Of a DNA stretch of 64,000 nt, positions 9,983 to 19,439 are shown in pieces (position 1 is the stretch's first letter; the number at the start of each line of letters is the position of its first letter). This DNA is from an uncultured bacterium (GTDB lineage: Bacteria; Zixibacteria; MSB-5A5; GN15; FEB-12), in the NCBI GenBank assembly GCA_965372795.1, contig CBDVDR010000017.1:1-64000 (forward strand), read 5' to 3'. A program made the position numbers and the translations under genes. Under the pieces are notes generated by a model. It was given only the letters and a program-made list of their open reading frames with translations. It made no database searches and was not told the origin of the DNA.

Positions 9983-10846
9983 CTATGAATCATAAGTATA
10001 AAAGCCACGACCGGATTTTCGTCCCAGATATCCTGCCTGTACCATTTTCTTCAAAAGCGGACATGGACGGTATTTTGGATCACCCAAACCGTCATACATA
10101 ACTTCTAAAATTGAAAGGCAAACGTCAAGTCCTATAAAGTCTGCCAATGCAAATGGTCCCATTGGATGAGCCATTCCTAATTTCATAACAGAATCTATAG
10201 CCTCAACTGTTCCCACCCCTTCCATATGAGCAAAAATAGCTTCATTGATCATCGGAAGCAAAATACGATTTGCAATAAATCCCGGGAAATCATTAACTTC
10301 AACCGGAATTTTTCCCAGTTTCTTGGCAAGTTCATCAATCAACTGGAATGTTTCATCAGATGTTGCCATTCCGCGAATAAGTTCAATCAGCTTCATCATC
10401 GGAACCGGATTCATAAAATGCATACCAACAAATTTCTCAGGACGGCTGGTTGCAGAGGCTAATTGGGTAATCGGAAGTGATGAAGTATTCGAAGCAAAAA
10501 TTGTGTCAGCCGAACAAATCTTTTCAAGCTTAGCAAAAATATCAAGTTTTACACTCAATGTTTCTGTCACAGCTTCAATTACTAATTGAGAATCCTTGGC
10601 AACACCCATATCAGTTGTAACATTTATTAAACTCAGAGTTGCTTTTTTATCAGCTTCGGTGATTCTCTCTTTTTTAATTAAGCGATCCATGCTTTTTGTT
10701 AAATTTGCGATCGCTTTGTCTAAAAATTCCTGTTTAATATCTATAAGATTTACGGATATTCCTTTTTGGGCAAACACCTGAGCGATGCCATTTCCCATTG
10801 TGCCACAGCCAATAATTGTGACATTTTTGATATCATCAACGTTCAT
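9983..10846 (-). CDS. hbd: 3-hydroxybutyryl-CoA dehydrogenase
   Basis: GCGTMGNGIA Rossmann motif, ASNTSS, GMHFMNPVP, GFIANR, HPMGP. Confidence 0.95.
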   Translation of the reverse strand: MNVDDIKNVTIIGCGTMGNGIAQVFAQKGISVNLIDIKQEFLDKAIANLTKSMDRLIKKERITEADKKATLSLINVTTDMGVAKDSQLVIEAVTETLSVKLDIFAKLEKICSADTIFASNTSSLPITQLASATSRPEKFVGMHFMNPVPMMKLIELIRGMATSDETFQLIDELAKKLGKIPVEVNDFPGFIANRILLPMINEAIFAHMEGVGTVEAIDSVMKLGMAHPMGPFALADFIGLDVCLSILEVMYDGLGDPKYRPCPLLKKMVQAGYLGRKSGRGFYTYDS

Positions 10847-10866
10847 AATTTATCTCTCCCTTATAA

Positions 10867-12054
10867 TTAACTTAATTCAATTGCTAATGCGACAGCGTTG
10901 CCGCCGCCAAGACATAAAGTTGCCAGACCGGTTTTCAATCCGCGATCTTTAAGAGCATAAATCAAGGTGGTCAGAATTCTTGTACCCGAGGCTCCAATTG
11001 GATGACCAAGCGCAACAGCTCCGCCATTGACGTTTACTTTATCCCAATCCCATCCGAGTCCTTTGCCATCGGCAAGAGCCTGAACAGAAAAAGCTTCATT
11101 AGCTTCAATAAGATCGAAATGATTGATATCAACATTCATTTTCTTCATCAGTTTTTCAACTGCAAAAATCGGTGAAAAGAAAAGTTCTTTCGGTGGCGTT
11201 CCAACAACCGCATATTCAATAATTTTAGCCAGCGGTTTCAAACCTTTTTCATTCAAATATTTTTCTGAAACAACAACTGTGGCAGAACTTCCATCGTTTA
11301 ATCCCGGAGCATTACCGGCGGTGACGGTACCGTCTTTAACAAATGCCGGACGAAGTTTAGCCAGTTTTTCTGCTGATAGTCCTGGTCTCGGACATTCATC
11401 TTTATTAAAAATGATCGGGTCTTTTTTTCTTTGAGGAACTTCAATGGCGAAGATCTCTTCATCAAATTTTCCAGCTTCAGCCGCAGCAACAGCTTTTTTA
11501 TGTGAGTTAGCAGCAAATTCATCCTGCTCTTCGCGGGTTATACCGGATTTTTCCTGAGTATATTCAGCAGCATTTCCCATATGGAAATTGTTAAAACTAC
11601 ACCAAAGCCCATCAGAGACCATTATATCGTCCATTTTCTGATGTCCGAATCTTACACCAGTCTTTGCGCCACGAAGGATTAATGGAGTTTGTGACATAGA
11701 TTCCATACCACCGGCAATAATAACGTCCTGATCTCCGGCACGAATAGATTGAGCCGCCAACATCACAGTTTTTAGCCCGGAACCGCAAACTTTATTAATT
11801 GTCATCGCCGCAGCAGTATCTGGAACTCCCCCATGAATCGCTGCCTGACGAGCCGGAGCCTGTCCTGCACCGCCCTGAACTACATGTCCCATAATAACTT
11901 CTTCGATATCAGCAACGTCAATCCCGGATCGGGAGATTGCTTCTTTGATTGCAAAAGCGCCTAATTGTGGTGCCGTAAACTTGCCCAATCCTCCATGCAA
12001 TGTACCAATCGCACTGCGACAAGCAGATACTATATAAGCATTGTTTTCAGCCAT
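10867..12054 (-). CDS. thlA: Acetyl-CoA C-acetyltransferase (bacterial-type thiolase)
   Basis: NKVCGSG, NEAF, GHPIGASG, LCLGGG. Confidence 0.95.
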   Translation of the reverse strand: MAENNAYIVSACRSAIGTLHGGLGKFTAPQLGAFAIKEAISRSGIDVADIEEVIMGHVVQGGAGQAPARQAAIHGGVPDTAAAMTINKVCGSGLKTVMLAAQSIRAGDQDVIIAGGMESMSQTPLILRGAKTGVRFGHQKMDDIMVSDGLWCSFNNFHMGNAAEYTQEKSGITREEQDEFAANSHKKAVAAAEAGKFDEEIFAIEVPQRKKDPIIFNKDECPRPGLSAEKLAKLRPAFVKDGTVTAGNAPGLNDGSSATVVVSEKYLNEKGLKPLAKIIEYAVVGTPPKELFFSPIFAVEKLMKKMNVDINHFDLIEANEAFSVQALADGKGLGWDWDKVNVNGGAVALGHPIGASGTRILTTLIYALKDRGLKTGLATLCLGGGNAVALAIELS

Positions 12055-12133
12055 TATGAATCCCTTTATATATGTTATATTTAAGTTCTAAATCCAATTA
12101 GTTACTTATATACCATATAGTCACATCCAAATC

Positions 12134-12151
12134 AAGTGAACAATTTCACAA
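12134..12151. promoter_or_regulatory. Putative Rex operator upstream of the thiolase-hbd-ACAD operon
   Basis: AAGTGAA-CAAT-TTCACAA versus Rex consensus TTGTGAA-N4-TTCACAA (12 of 14 defined positions), ~80 bp upstream of the thiolase start. Confidence 0.45.
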
Positions 12152-12277
12152 AATGAAGATGAATACAGTGTACAATCATAATTTGATGAATATTTAATTT
12201 TCATTAAGTGGTAAAGTTTCTAAATGAAACAGTCGATTTAAAAGGTATCACTTATTTAATTTAAGAAAGGATAAATA

Positions 12278-12865
12278 ATGAAAAGATTATTACTCACTCT
12301 TAGCCTTGTAATGGTTTTTGCCATTGCTGGTTCTGCACAGGTTCCTCAACCATTTAGTTTTTACGGTGGCGGAGCAATAACTATTCCGGCATCTCCGGAT
12401 GGTTTTGATGCTTTATACAAAACCGGTTGGCATGGTATGGCTGGCGTTGGCTACAAAATGGCTCCTAAAATGCAAGTCGTTGGTAAATTTGAATATCATA
12501 ACTTTGCTACCGATTTTGAAGGTCTTTCAATTGACGGTGGAAATAACAAATATGCCATGTTTGGTGCTGACGCAAGATTCAGCCCAAGTGTACCGGCATT
12601 ACCGTTTAAACCTTTTGTGTTTGGCGGCATGGGATTAGCCCATATCACTTATGATGATTTTACCGGAACTGACCTGATGACCAGCGTTTTAAATGCTGCA
12701 ATTCCTGATGCTCAGAATAAAGTATATTATAACTTCGGCGCCGGCTTTGATATCACTGCCGGACCAGCCTGGAGTTTGTTTGTACAAGGACGTTACGTCT
12801 CAATCGCCACGGAAGGTGCTTCGACTGCATTTATACCTTTTACACTCGGTGTTAAGTTTTTCTAA
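12278..12865 (+). CDS. Outer-membrane beta-barrel protein
   Basis: Signal peptide, alternating beta-strands, C-terminal LGVKFF, AAGGA RBS. Confidence 0.85.
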   Translation: MKRLLLTLSLVMVFAIAGSAQVPQPFSFYGGGAITIPASPDGFDALYKTGWHGMAGVGYKMAPKMQVVGKFEYHNFATDFEGLSIDGGNNKYAMFGADARFSPSVPALPFKPFVFGGMGLAHITYDDFTGTDLMTSVLNAAIPDAQNKVYYNFGAGFDITAGPAWSLFVQGRYVSIATEGASTAFIPFTLGVKFF

Positions 12866-12884
12866 AATAACGCAGTCGACCTAT

Positions 12885-12918
12885 AAAACCGGAGTGGTTT
12901 ATCTACTCCGGTTTTTTT
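12885..12918 (+). terminator. Intrinsic terminator
   Basis: AAAACCGGAGT-loop-ACTCCGGTTTTTTT. Confidence 0.8.
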
Positions 12919-12996
12919 ATTGCTTGTTTTTTCTCTCCACATTTTACTTATTAGACATAAGTATCAATTATTCGTAAATACTCCAATAGGTAAGGA

Positions 12997-13617
12997 TTGA
13001 AAATGAAGAAATTTGTTCTCGTATTAGCAATTCTAATTCTGGGTTCTTCAATTGCAGCTCAGGTTCCAAAACCGTTCAACCTCTATGCCGGTGGAGGCTT
13101 TACAAAACCATCCAAAATTGATATCTCAACTATTGAGATTTCCCAATTTGATGTTTTTGATGACCAATGGAAGTCTGGTATTAATGGATTTGTGGGAGTC
13201 GGTTTTAAAATGATGCCTATGCTGGAAATAATAGGTAAAATTGAATACCATCGCATGAAATTTGATTGGGATAGAACCGGATTCTCAAACCTTGCCAGTG
13301 GTATAAATTATCAGGTTTTAGCCTTTGGGGTTGAAGGTAAAGTCGCCATGGGCGCACCGGCAAGTCCAATTACTCCCTATCTGTTTGGTGGCGGAGGAAT
13401 CGCAGCTGTAACTTTCTCAACCCTTGATTTAGGAGGATTGAATATTTTTATCCCTCCACCGGGTAACATCACCAAACCATACTACAATATTGGGGCTGGT
13501 GTAGAGCTTAACTTAATACCAATATTTAAAGTTTTCGTACAATTTCAGACCATGAGAATTGCGACCAAAGACGAAACGACAAGTTTGATACCGTTTACAA
13601 TCGGACTAAAATTTTAA
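12997..13617 (+). CDS. Outer-membrane beta-barrel protein (paralog of 12278..12865)
   Basis: Shares AQVP-x-PF-x-x-Y-x-GG start and IPFT-x-G-x-KF end with the upstream gene. Confidence 0.85.
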   Translation: MKMKKFVLVLAILILGSSIAAQVPKPFNLYAGGGFTKPSKIDISTIEISQFDVFDDQWKSGINGFVGVGFKMMPMLEIIGKIEYHRMKFDWDRTGFSNLASGINYQVLAFGVEGKVAMGAPASPITPYLFGGGGIAAVTFSTLDLGGLNIFIPPPGNITKPYYNIGAGVELNLIPIFKVFVQFQTMRIATKDETTSLIPFTIGLKF

Positions 13618-13635
13618 GAAATTATATTAATTAAT

Positions 13636-13673
13636 AAAAAAGGCATCGAATTTCATATTCGATGCCTTTTTTT
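13636..13673. terminator. Bidirectional intrinsic terminator between convergent genes
   Basis: AAAAAAGGCATCGAAT-loop-ATTCGATGCCTTTTTTT. Confidence 0.85.
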
Positions 13674-14358
13674 ATTTGCAAACTGATGTTATAAGTTCAT
13701 CCAAATTATTAATTTCAAAGTCTGCAATAATTTTAGAATTATTTTTAATTTGTTTAGGATTAAACCAGCAGGTGTCAATACCATAGTCTTTACCACCTTT
13801 TATATCAGAGGTTAAACTATCACCGACAATCAACACTTCATCTTTAGAGGGAAACTCCATTCTTTCAAAACATATATCAAATATTTTCTTATCAGGCTTT
13901 ACCGCATCAACTTCATTTGAAATCACATAGTCTTGAAAGTAATGACCTATATCAGAATTATCAAATTTTCTTCGTTGCACTAATTTATTGCCATTGGTAA
14001 TAATCATTAAACTGTAATTTTGTGAAAGAATTGATATAGTTACCTTAGCATTATCAATTAATTTTGCTTCTAAAGTTAAAAGTTCAAGATAAGTTTTACT
14101 GAATTCGGAAGGATTGCATTTAAATCCAAAATGATCTATTAAAATTTCAAATCGCTTGATGCTTAATAAACTAACATTAAGTTCTTTGTTCTCAATATAA
14201 CTCCAAAGCTGGTCATTGATTTCTTCAAACTTACTATGATGTTCTTCGCCAAATTCTAATCCAAATCTATCAAATAACTTTCTTAGCGAGGTCAACGAGG
14301 CATGTTCATAGTCGAAAAGAGTGCCGTCAGCATCAAACAACAACCATTTATATTTCAA
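13672..14358 (-). CDS. yjjG: YjjG-family HAD nucleotidase
   Basis: LLFDADGTLFD, ITNG, KPD, VGDSLTSDIKGG. Confidence 0.85.
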   Translation of the reverse strand: MKYKWLLFDADGTLFDYEHASLTSLRKLFDRFGLEFGEEHHSKFEEINDQLWSYIENKELNVSLLSIKRFEILIDHFGFKCNPSEFSKTYLELLTLEAKLIDNAKVTISILSQNYSLMIITNGNKLVQRRKFDNSDIGHYFQDYVISNEVDAVKPDKKIFDICFERMEFPSKDEVLIVGDSLTSDIKGGKDYGIDTCWFNPKQIKNNSKIIADFEINNLDELITSVCK

Positions 14359-14366
14359 ATCCCACC

Positions 14367-14867
14367 CTATTCCTCGTCAAGCTCCAACTCAATTATCGGA
14401 GTCTCGGTATCAACCTGATCGCCGGCTGAAAAATTAACCGCTTTAACTTTTCCCTTAGCTTTGCACATCACCACGTTTTCCATCTTCATCGCTTCCACAA
14501 TCACCATCTGTTGTTTCGGCTCTACCGCCTGTCCGACTTCAACCATGACCTTAACAATTTTCCCGGGCATCGGAGCGAAAATTTTATCCTTCTCACCCCC
14601 GTGATCCCCGGCTCCTCCGGCAAACCCGTCTTCTGATGGATCTTTCACTTCAAACTGAAGCGAATCAAAATCAATATAATAAGTGCCATTATTTTTTATC
14701 ACAGCAACAGAGGATTTTCGACCATTAATCAAACATGAATAAAGATTGTCGGCAACCTTAATAAAGTTGAATTCTTTTTCACCCGAACGAACTTTGACAC
14801 TTCCTTTTTCTACTTCAACCGAGGCTTCAATATTTTCACCTTCGAAAATAAAATCAAAGTTATTCAT
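14367..14867 (-). CDS. Biotin carboxyl carrier subunit
   Basis: APMPG and EAMKMEN biotinylation motif. Start moved to ATG 14867, which overlaps the upstream stop. Confidence 0.9.
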   Translation of the reverse strand: MNNFDFIFEGENIEASVEVEKGSVKVRSGEKEFNFIKVADNLYSCLINGRKSSVAVIKNNGTYYIDFDSLQFEVKDPSEDGFAGGAGDHGGEKDKIFAPMPGKIVKVMVEVGQAVEPKQQMVIVEAMKMENVVMCKAKGKVKAVNFSAGDQVDTETPIIELELDEE

Positions 14868-16380
14868 GGATGGATGCTCCGATCTGCCAACTCCCGAGAA
14901 TATCCCATGGTGAAGCAAGCGTTTCCTGTTGTCCGTTATTTCTATTTCCATTTGAGTTAGAAGCTCCAACCGTTCCCAACGCTGCCACCGAGGCGGCAAG
15001 CTCTTTATAATCGAGCATATCAATTTGACGGTCGCTCATATTTTTTTCTATAAAATTAGTAAAGGTTTTACCTGAGATAAAATCTTTATGACTCATTACA
15101 TCAATCATAAATCGCTTGGAGGTTCTCACACCCAAAATTTTATAATTATTCAAAGCATCAATCATTTTCTGAATCGCTGCTTTCCTGTCAGAAGCGTGCA
15201 CAATCAGTTTTGCCATTATCGGATCATAATCAATCGTCACTTCTACCCCGCCGACAACACCCGAGTCAACTCTGATTCCCGGACCTGATGGTTCGGAGTA
15301 CAAAAGGATTTCACCGATAGACGGCATAAAATTATTCTCGCCATCCTCGGCATAAATACGACATTCAATCGCATGGCCTCTTTGAGTAAGATTCATATAA
15401 CTATCATCAAGTTTCTCTCCGGCAGCAATACGAATTTGTTCCACTACCAGATCAACCCCAACGACCATCTCGGTAATCGGATGTTCCACTTGAATCCGTG
15501 TATTCATTTCCAGAAAATAATAATGTCCGGTTTCATCAAGCAAAAACTCTACTGTACCGGCATTAGTATAGTTTGCAGTTTGTGCAACCTTGACCGCATC
15601 CTTACCCATCTTGTCCCGAAGCTTATCATTAAGGGCAACCGATGGCGTCTCTTCGATAATTTTCTGATGTCGGCGTTGAATTGAACATTCCCGTTCAAAA
15701 AGATGCACCGTATTTCCATGACTGTCAGCAATCACCTGAAATTCTATATGACGGGGATTTACAATATATTTTTCAAGATAAACCGTATCATCACTAAAAG
15801 CATTCATCGCTTCCCGTTGAGCTGCCTCAATTGCGCCGACTAATTCCTCAGGCTTATTAACGACCCGCATCCCTTTACCACCGCCACCGGCGGCAGCTTT
15901 GATAATTACCGGATAACCGGCTTTGGTCGCAGCTTCTTCAAACTCTTTTATATCATTGCTGGAGCTTTTCATTCCGGGAATCAAAGGAATTTTTGCATCC
16001 GCCATTTTAATCCGCGACTCGACTTTATTGCCAAGCAACTTGATAGCCTCAGGTGTTGGACCGATAAATGTGATCCCTTCATCGATACATCTTTGACCAA
16101 ACTCGGGATTCTCTGCTAAAAATCCGTACCCCGGATGAATTGCATCACACCTGTTATTTTTGGCTGCTGTAATAATTTTATCAATATCCAGATACGATTC
16201 TCTTGGCGGAGGAGGTCCGATATTGACCGACTCATCCGCAAAATGTCTATGCTTGCTGTTTTCATCTGCATCGGAATACACTGCCACCGAAGGAATTCCT
16301 AAAACCCGACAGGCGTTCATCACCCGCACCGCGATTTCCGAACGGTTAGCAATCAGAATTTTATTAAAGAGTTTTTTCAT
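14860..16380 (-). CDS. Biotin carboxylase subunit (3-methylcrotonyl-CoA carboxylase alpha-like)
   Basis: KILIANRSEIA, HPGYGFLAEN, GGGGKGMR, RECSIQRRHQK, EMNTRIQVEHP. Confidence 0.95.
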   Translation of the reverse strand: MKKLFNKILIANRSEIAVRVMNACRVLGIPSVAVYSDADENSKHRHFADESVNIGPPPPRESYLDIDKIITAAKNNRCDAIHPGYGFLAENPEFGQRCIDEGITFIGPTPEAIKLLGNKVESRIKMADAKIPLIPGMKSSSNDIKEFEEAATKAGYPVIIKAAAGGGGKGMRVVNKPEELVGAIEAAQREAMNAFSDDTVYLEKYIVNPRHIEFQVIADSHGNTVHLFERECSIQRRHQKIIEETPSVALNDKLRDKMGKDAVKVAQTANYTNAGTVEFLLDETGHYYFLEMNTRIQVEHPITEMVVGVDLVVEQIRIAAGEKLDDSYMNLTQRGHAIECRIYAEDGENNFMPSIGEILLYSEPSGPGIRVDSGVVGGVEVTIDYDPIMAKLIVHASDRKAAIQKMIDALNNYKILGVRTSKRFMIDVMSHKDFISGKTFTNFIEKNMSDRQIDMLDYKELAASVAALGTVGASNSNGNRNNGQQETLASPWDILGSWQIGASIHE

Positions 16381-16387
16381 AGTTGAA

Positions 16388-17173
16388 TTATTCTATTACC
16401 CATTTTGGTTTTCGTTTATTTAAAAAGGCGTCCATCCCCTCCTGACCTTCATCGGAGATGCGCAGTTTTGCTATCATTTCTGCCGTGTATGGTTTAAACT
16501 GATCCGGTGACATAGCCGGAACTTCACTGACAAGTTTTTTCGCCATCGTTATTGCTTCAGGACCGGATGAAAGAATCATCTTCACCAACGAATCAACCTC
16601 GGCATCAAGCTCGACATCGTCAACAACCTTGTTAACCAATCCGACTTTGTATGCCCGCTTGGCATTCATTCGTTCTCCGGTTATAAAAAGCTCTCTTGCT
16701 TTACCTTCGCCCATTTTCTTAATCACATACGGTCCGATACAAGCCGGCACTACCCCGATCTTGACCTCTGAAAAAGAAAACTTCGCCGACTCGGCCGCAA
16801 TTGCAATATCACAAACCGCAACAAATCCGGTTCCCCCGCCAATCGCCGCACCATTAATCCGACCTATCACAGGACGCGGGAAGGAATACACTTTGTAAAA
16901 CAGTTCCGCTAATTTATTTGATTCATCCAGATTTTGCTCATAAGATTGATCGACAACCGAACGCATCCAATTCAAATCAGCTCCGGCGCAAAATGATTTC
17001 CCTTGACCGCTCAACACTATAACTCGAAGGTCATCATCTTTTAACAGTTCGTCAAAAAGATGTGACATCTCCTCAATTACTGTTGAGTTGAAAGCGTTAT
17101 GAATTTCCGGACGAGCAAAATTTATCCGTCCGACATTCCCGGTTTTTCTGTATTCAATAGTCGTATATTTCAT
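16388..17173 (-). CDS. Enoyl-CoA hydratase, methylglutaconyl-CoA hydratase (LiuC)-like
   Basis: RPEIHNAF, FCAGADLNWM, AIGGG, FSEVKIGVVPACIGPYV, EGQEGM, MCC operon context. Confidence 0.88.
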   Translation of the reverse strand: MKYTTIEYRKTGNVGRINFARPEIHNAFNSTVIEEMSHLFDELLKDDDLRVIVLSGQGKSFCAGADLNWMRSVVDQSYEQNLDESNKLAELFYKVYSFPRPVIGRINGAAIGGGTGFVAVCDIAIAAESAKFSFSEVKIGVVPACIGPYVIKKMGEGKARELFITGERMNAKRAYKVGLVNKVVDDVELDAEVDSLVKMILSSGPEAITMAKKLVSEVPAMSPDQFKPYTAEMIAKLRISDEGQEGMDAFLNKRKPKWVIE

Positions 17174-17824
17174 TTAGATATCCAATTTTTCTTTAACTGC
17201 ATTTTTAAAGTTATAAAATAATATTTTTTTATCCTTCCTACATGCAGGATGGAAATAACTAAAGACATGTCTTTCTCCATCCAATAAATATGATATACCA
17301 TTATTTATATTAATCCATTTTGGTTTGCCATCAAATAAAATCTCAGAGTAAAAATTACCTGTCCCTCCACAGACAATAATATTGGGATTATATATGTTGA
17401 TTTGTTCAATTAATTTCTCTTTATGAATCTTACATGAATCTAAAATTTCAGAATCAATCGCTGTACCACTACCAGAAATCTTTTTTAAATTCATGATAGA
17501 TATTTTCTTCAAATAAAAAGCTCTATCTTCTTGATTCAATAAATCTAAAACATCCCAATTCACTTGGTTATCGAGAATCGAAGCACTCCAACGTACAACA
17601 TTATTCCATGTATAACCATTCTTGATAGCACCTTGATTTAAAAATTCTTTAAAACTAACTATTTTATCGTTATAATCATTAGGTTCTTTCAATACAAAAA
17701 CTATCTTAATATTTGCATTTTCGTATCCGTCAAAATCAACTATTCCATCTCTTACAAATCCTCTTATACCATTCCCCCACTTCTCAAACAGCTTATCTTC
17801 TTCTTCTTTCATTGAACTCTTCAT
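17174..17824 (-). CDS. Uracil-DNA-glycosylase-like superfamily protein (AT-rich insert)
   Basis: VFVLKEPN, MNLKK, PNIIVCGG and YFHPA motifs in UDG-fold order. Confidence 0.6.
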   Translation of the reverse strand: MKSSMKEEEDKLFEKWGNGIRGFVRDGIVDFDGYENANIKIVFVLKEPNDYNDKIVSFKEFLNQGAIKNGYTWNNVVRWSASILDNQVNWDVLDLLNQEDRAFYLKKISIMNLKKISGSGTAIDSEILDSCKIHKEKLIEQINIYNPNIIVCGGTGNFYSEILFDGKPKWININNGISYLLDGERHVFSYFHPACRKDKKILFYNFKNAVKEKLDI

Positions 17825-17829
17825 AAGTC

Positions 17830-19437
17830 CTACATTCTGAATACACCGTATTTCTGATCTGGTATCTCTGCATTCAATGACATCGAAATCCCCAACGCCA
17901 ACGCCTGACGAGTATCGGTCATCCCGATCAAACCATCATCCCAAATTCTCGCACCGCTAAAATAAGGAGTCGATTCACTTTCATATTTATCTATAATCGG
18001 CTGTCGAATAGCATTGATTTCTTCGGAAGTAAGTTTTTTACCTTCGGCTTCAAGCTGATTAATTTTTACCGTTGCCAGAACATCAGCCGCCTGTTCGCCG
18101 CCCATAACACAAATTTTTGAATTGGGCCACATCCACATCATCCGGGGAAAATATCCGCGTCCGCACATAGCATAGTTACCGGCTCCATAAGATCCACCAA
18201 CGACAACTGTAAATTTAGGTACATCAGCATTCGCAACCGCATGAACCATCTTGGCACCATCACGGGCAATACCGCCGGCTTCGTATTGTCGGCCGACCAT
18301 AAAGCCTGAAATGTTCTGCAAAAATATCAATGGAATTTTTCTTTCGGTGCAAAGCTCGATAAAATGAGCACCCTTCACCGATGACTCTGCAAACAGAACC
18401 CCGTTGTTACCGATGATCCCCACCGGGTAACCCATAATTCTGGCAAAGCCGGTTACAAGAGTCGTGCCATATAACTCTTTAAATTCATGAAAACGGGACC
18501 CATCAACAATTCGGGCAATCACTTCTTTAACATCAAACGGTTTCCGAAGATCATTTGAGACGACGCCGTATAATTCTTCAGCCTCATAATATGGCTCTTC
18601 AATTTCTTTAATATCCATCGGAGTCTTATTGGTACGATTCAAATTCTCGACTACGTTACGACAAATTTGAATCGAATGTTCATCATTTTGAGCATAATGA
18701 TCGGACACCCCTGAAGTTCGACAGTGCACATCCGCCCCGCCTAATTCTTCCGGTGTGACTTCTTCCCCGGTAGCAGCTTTGACAAGCGGAGGACCGCCAA
18801 TAAAAATAGTACCCTGTTTACGAACAATAATTGTTTCATCCGACATTGCCGGAAGATACGCACCGCCGGCAGTACAGGATCCCATCACAACTGAAATTTG
18901 AGGAATATTTTTCGCCGACATTCTTGCCATGTTATAAAAAATACGCCCGAAATGATCTTTGTCCGGAAAAGTACCCGATTGCAGAGGTAAAAATATACCG
19001 CCTGAATCTACCAGTGAAACACAAGGCAGATGATTCGTCTCGGCAATTTCCTGGGCGCGGGCATGTTTCAAAATTGTCATCGGGTAATAAGTTCCGCCCT
19101 TGACCGTCGCATCATTGACAATCACCATGACTTCTTTTCCGTGCACTCTGCCGATTCCGGTAATCAATCCTGCCGCAGGTGCGTGATTGTCATACATATC
19201 AAAAGCGGCAAGTGGACTTAGTTCCAAAAAAGGACTATTGCGGTCAAGCAGTTTTGCCAGCCGTTCACGCGGAAGAAGTTTCCCCCGGTCGATATGACGT
19301 TTTCGGGAACGCTCGGGTCCGCCTTGTTTTACTTTGTCGAGTCGTTCTTTAAATTCAAGATGCTGGGCTTTGTTAGCCTCAAAATTGTCTTTGTACTGTA
19401 CAGATTTTAAATCAACCTTAGTTTCAAGTCGGAACAT
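17830..19437 (-). CDS. 3-methylcrotonyl-CoA carboxylase carboxyltransferase (beta) subunit
   Basis: [52 protein letters not shown] end. Confidence 0.93.
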   Translation of the reverse strand: MFRLETKVDLKSVQYKDNFEANKAQHLEFKERLDKVKQGGPERSRKRHIDRGKLLPRERLAKLLDRNSPFLELSPLAAFDMYDNHAPAAGLITGIGRVHGKEVMVIVNDATVKGGTYYPMTILKHARAQEIAETNHLPCVSLVDSGGIFLPLQSGTFPDKDHFGRIFYNMARMSAKNIPQISVVMGSCTAGGAYLPAMSDETIIVRKQGTIFIGGPPLVKAATGEEVTPEELGGADVHCRTSGVSDHYAQNDEHSIQICRNVVENLNRTNKTPMDIKEIEEPYYEAEELYGVVSNDLRKPFDVKEVIARIVDGSRFHEFKELYGTTLVTGFARIMGYPVGIIGNNGVLFAESSVKGAHFIELCTERKIPLIFLQNISGFMVGRQYEAGGIARDGAKMVHAVANADVPKFTVVVGGSYGAGNYAMCGRGYFPRMMWMWPNSKICVMGGEQAADVLATVKINQLEAEGKKLTSEEINAIRQPIIDKYESESTPYFSGARIWDDGLIGMTDTRQALALGISMSLNAEIPDQKYGVFRM

Positions 19438-19439
19438 AT

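Noticed and set aside
14868..15023. N-terminal extension of the biotin carrier ORF
   Set aside because: It overlaps the biotin carboxylase by >150 bp. ATG 14867 gives normal translational coupling.
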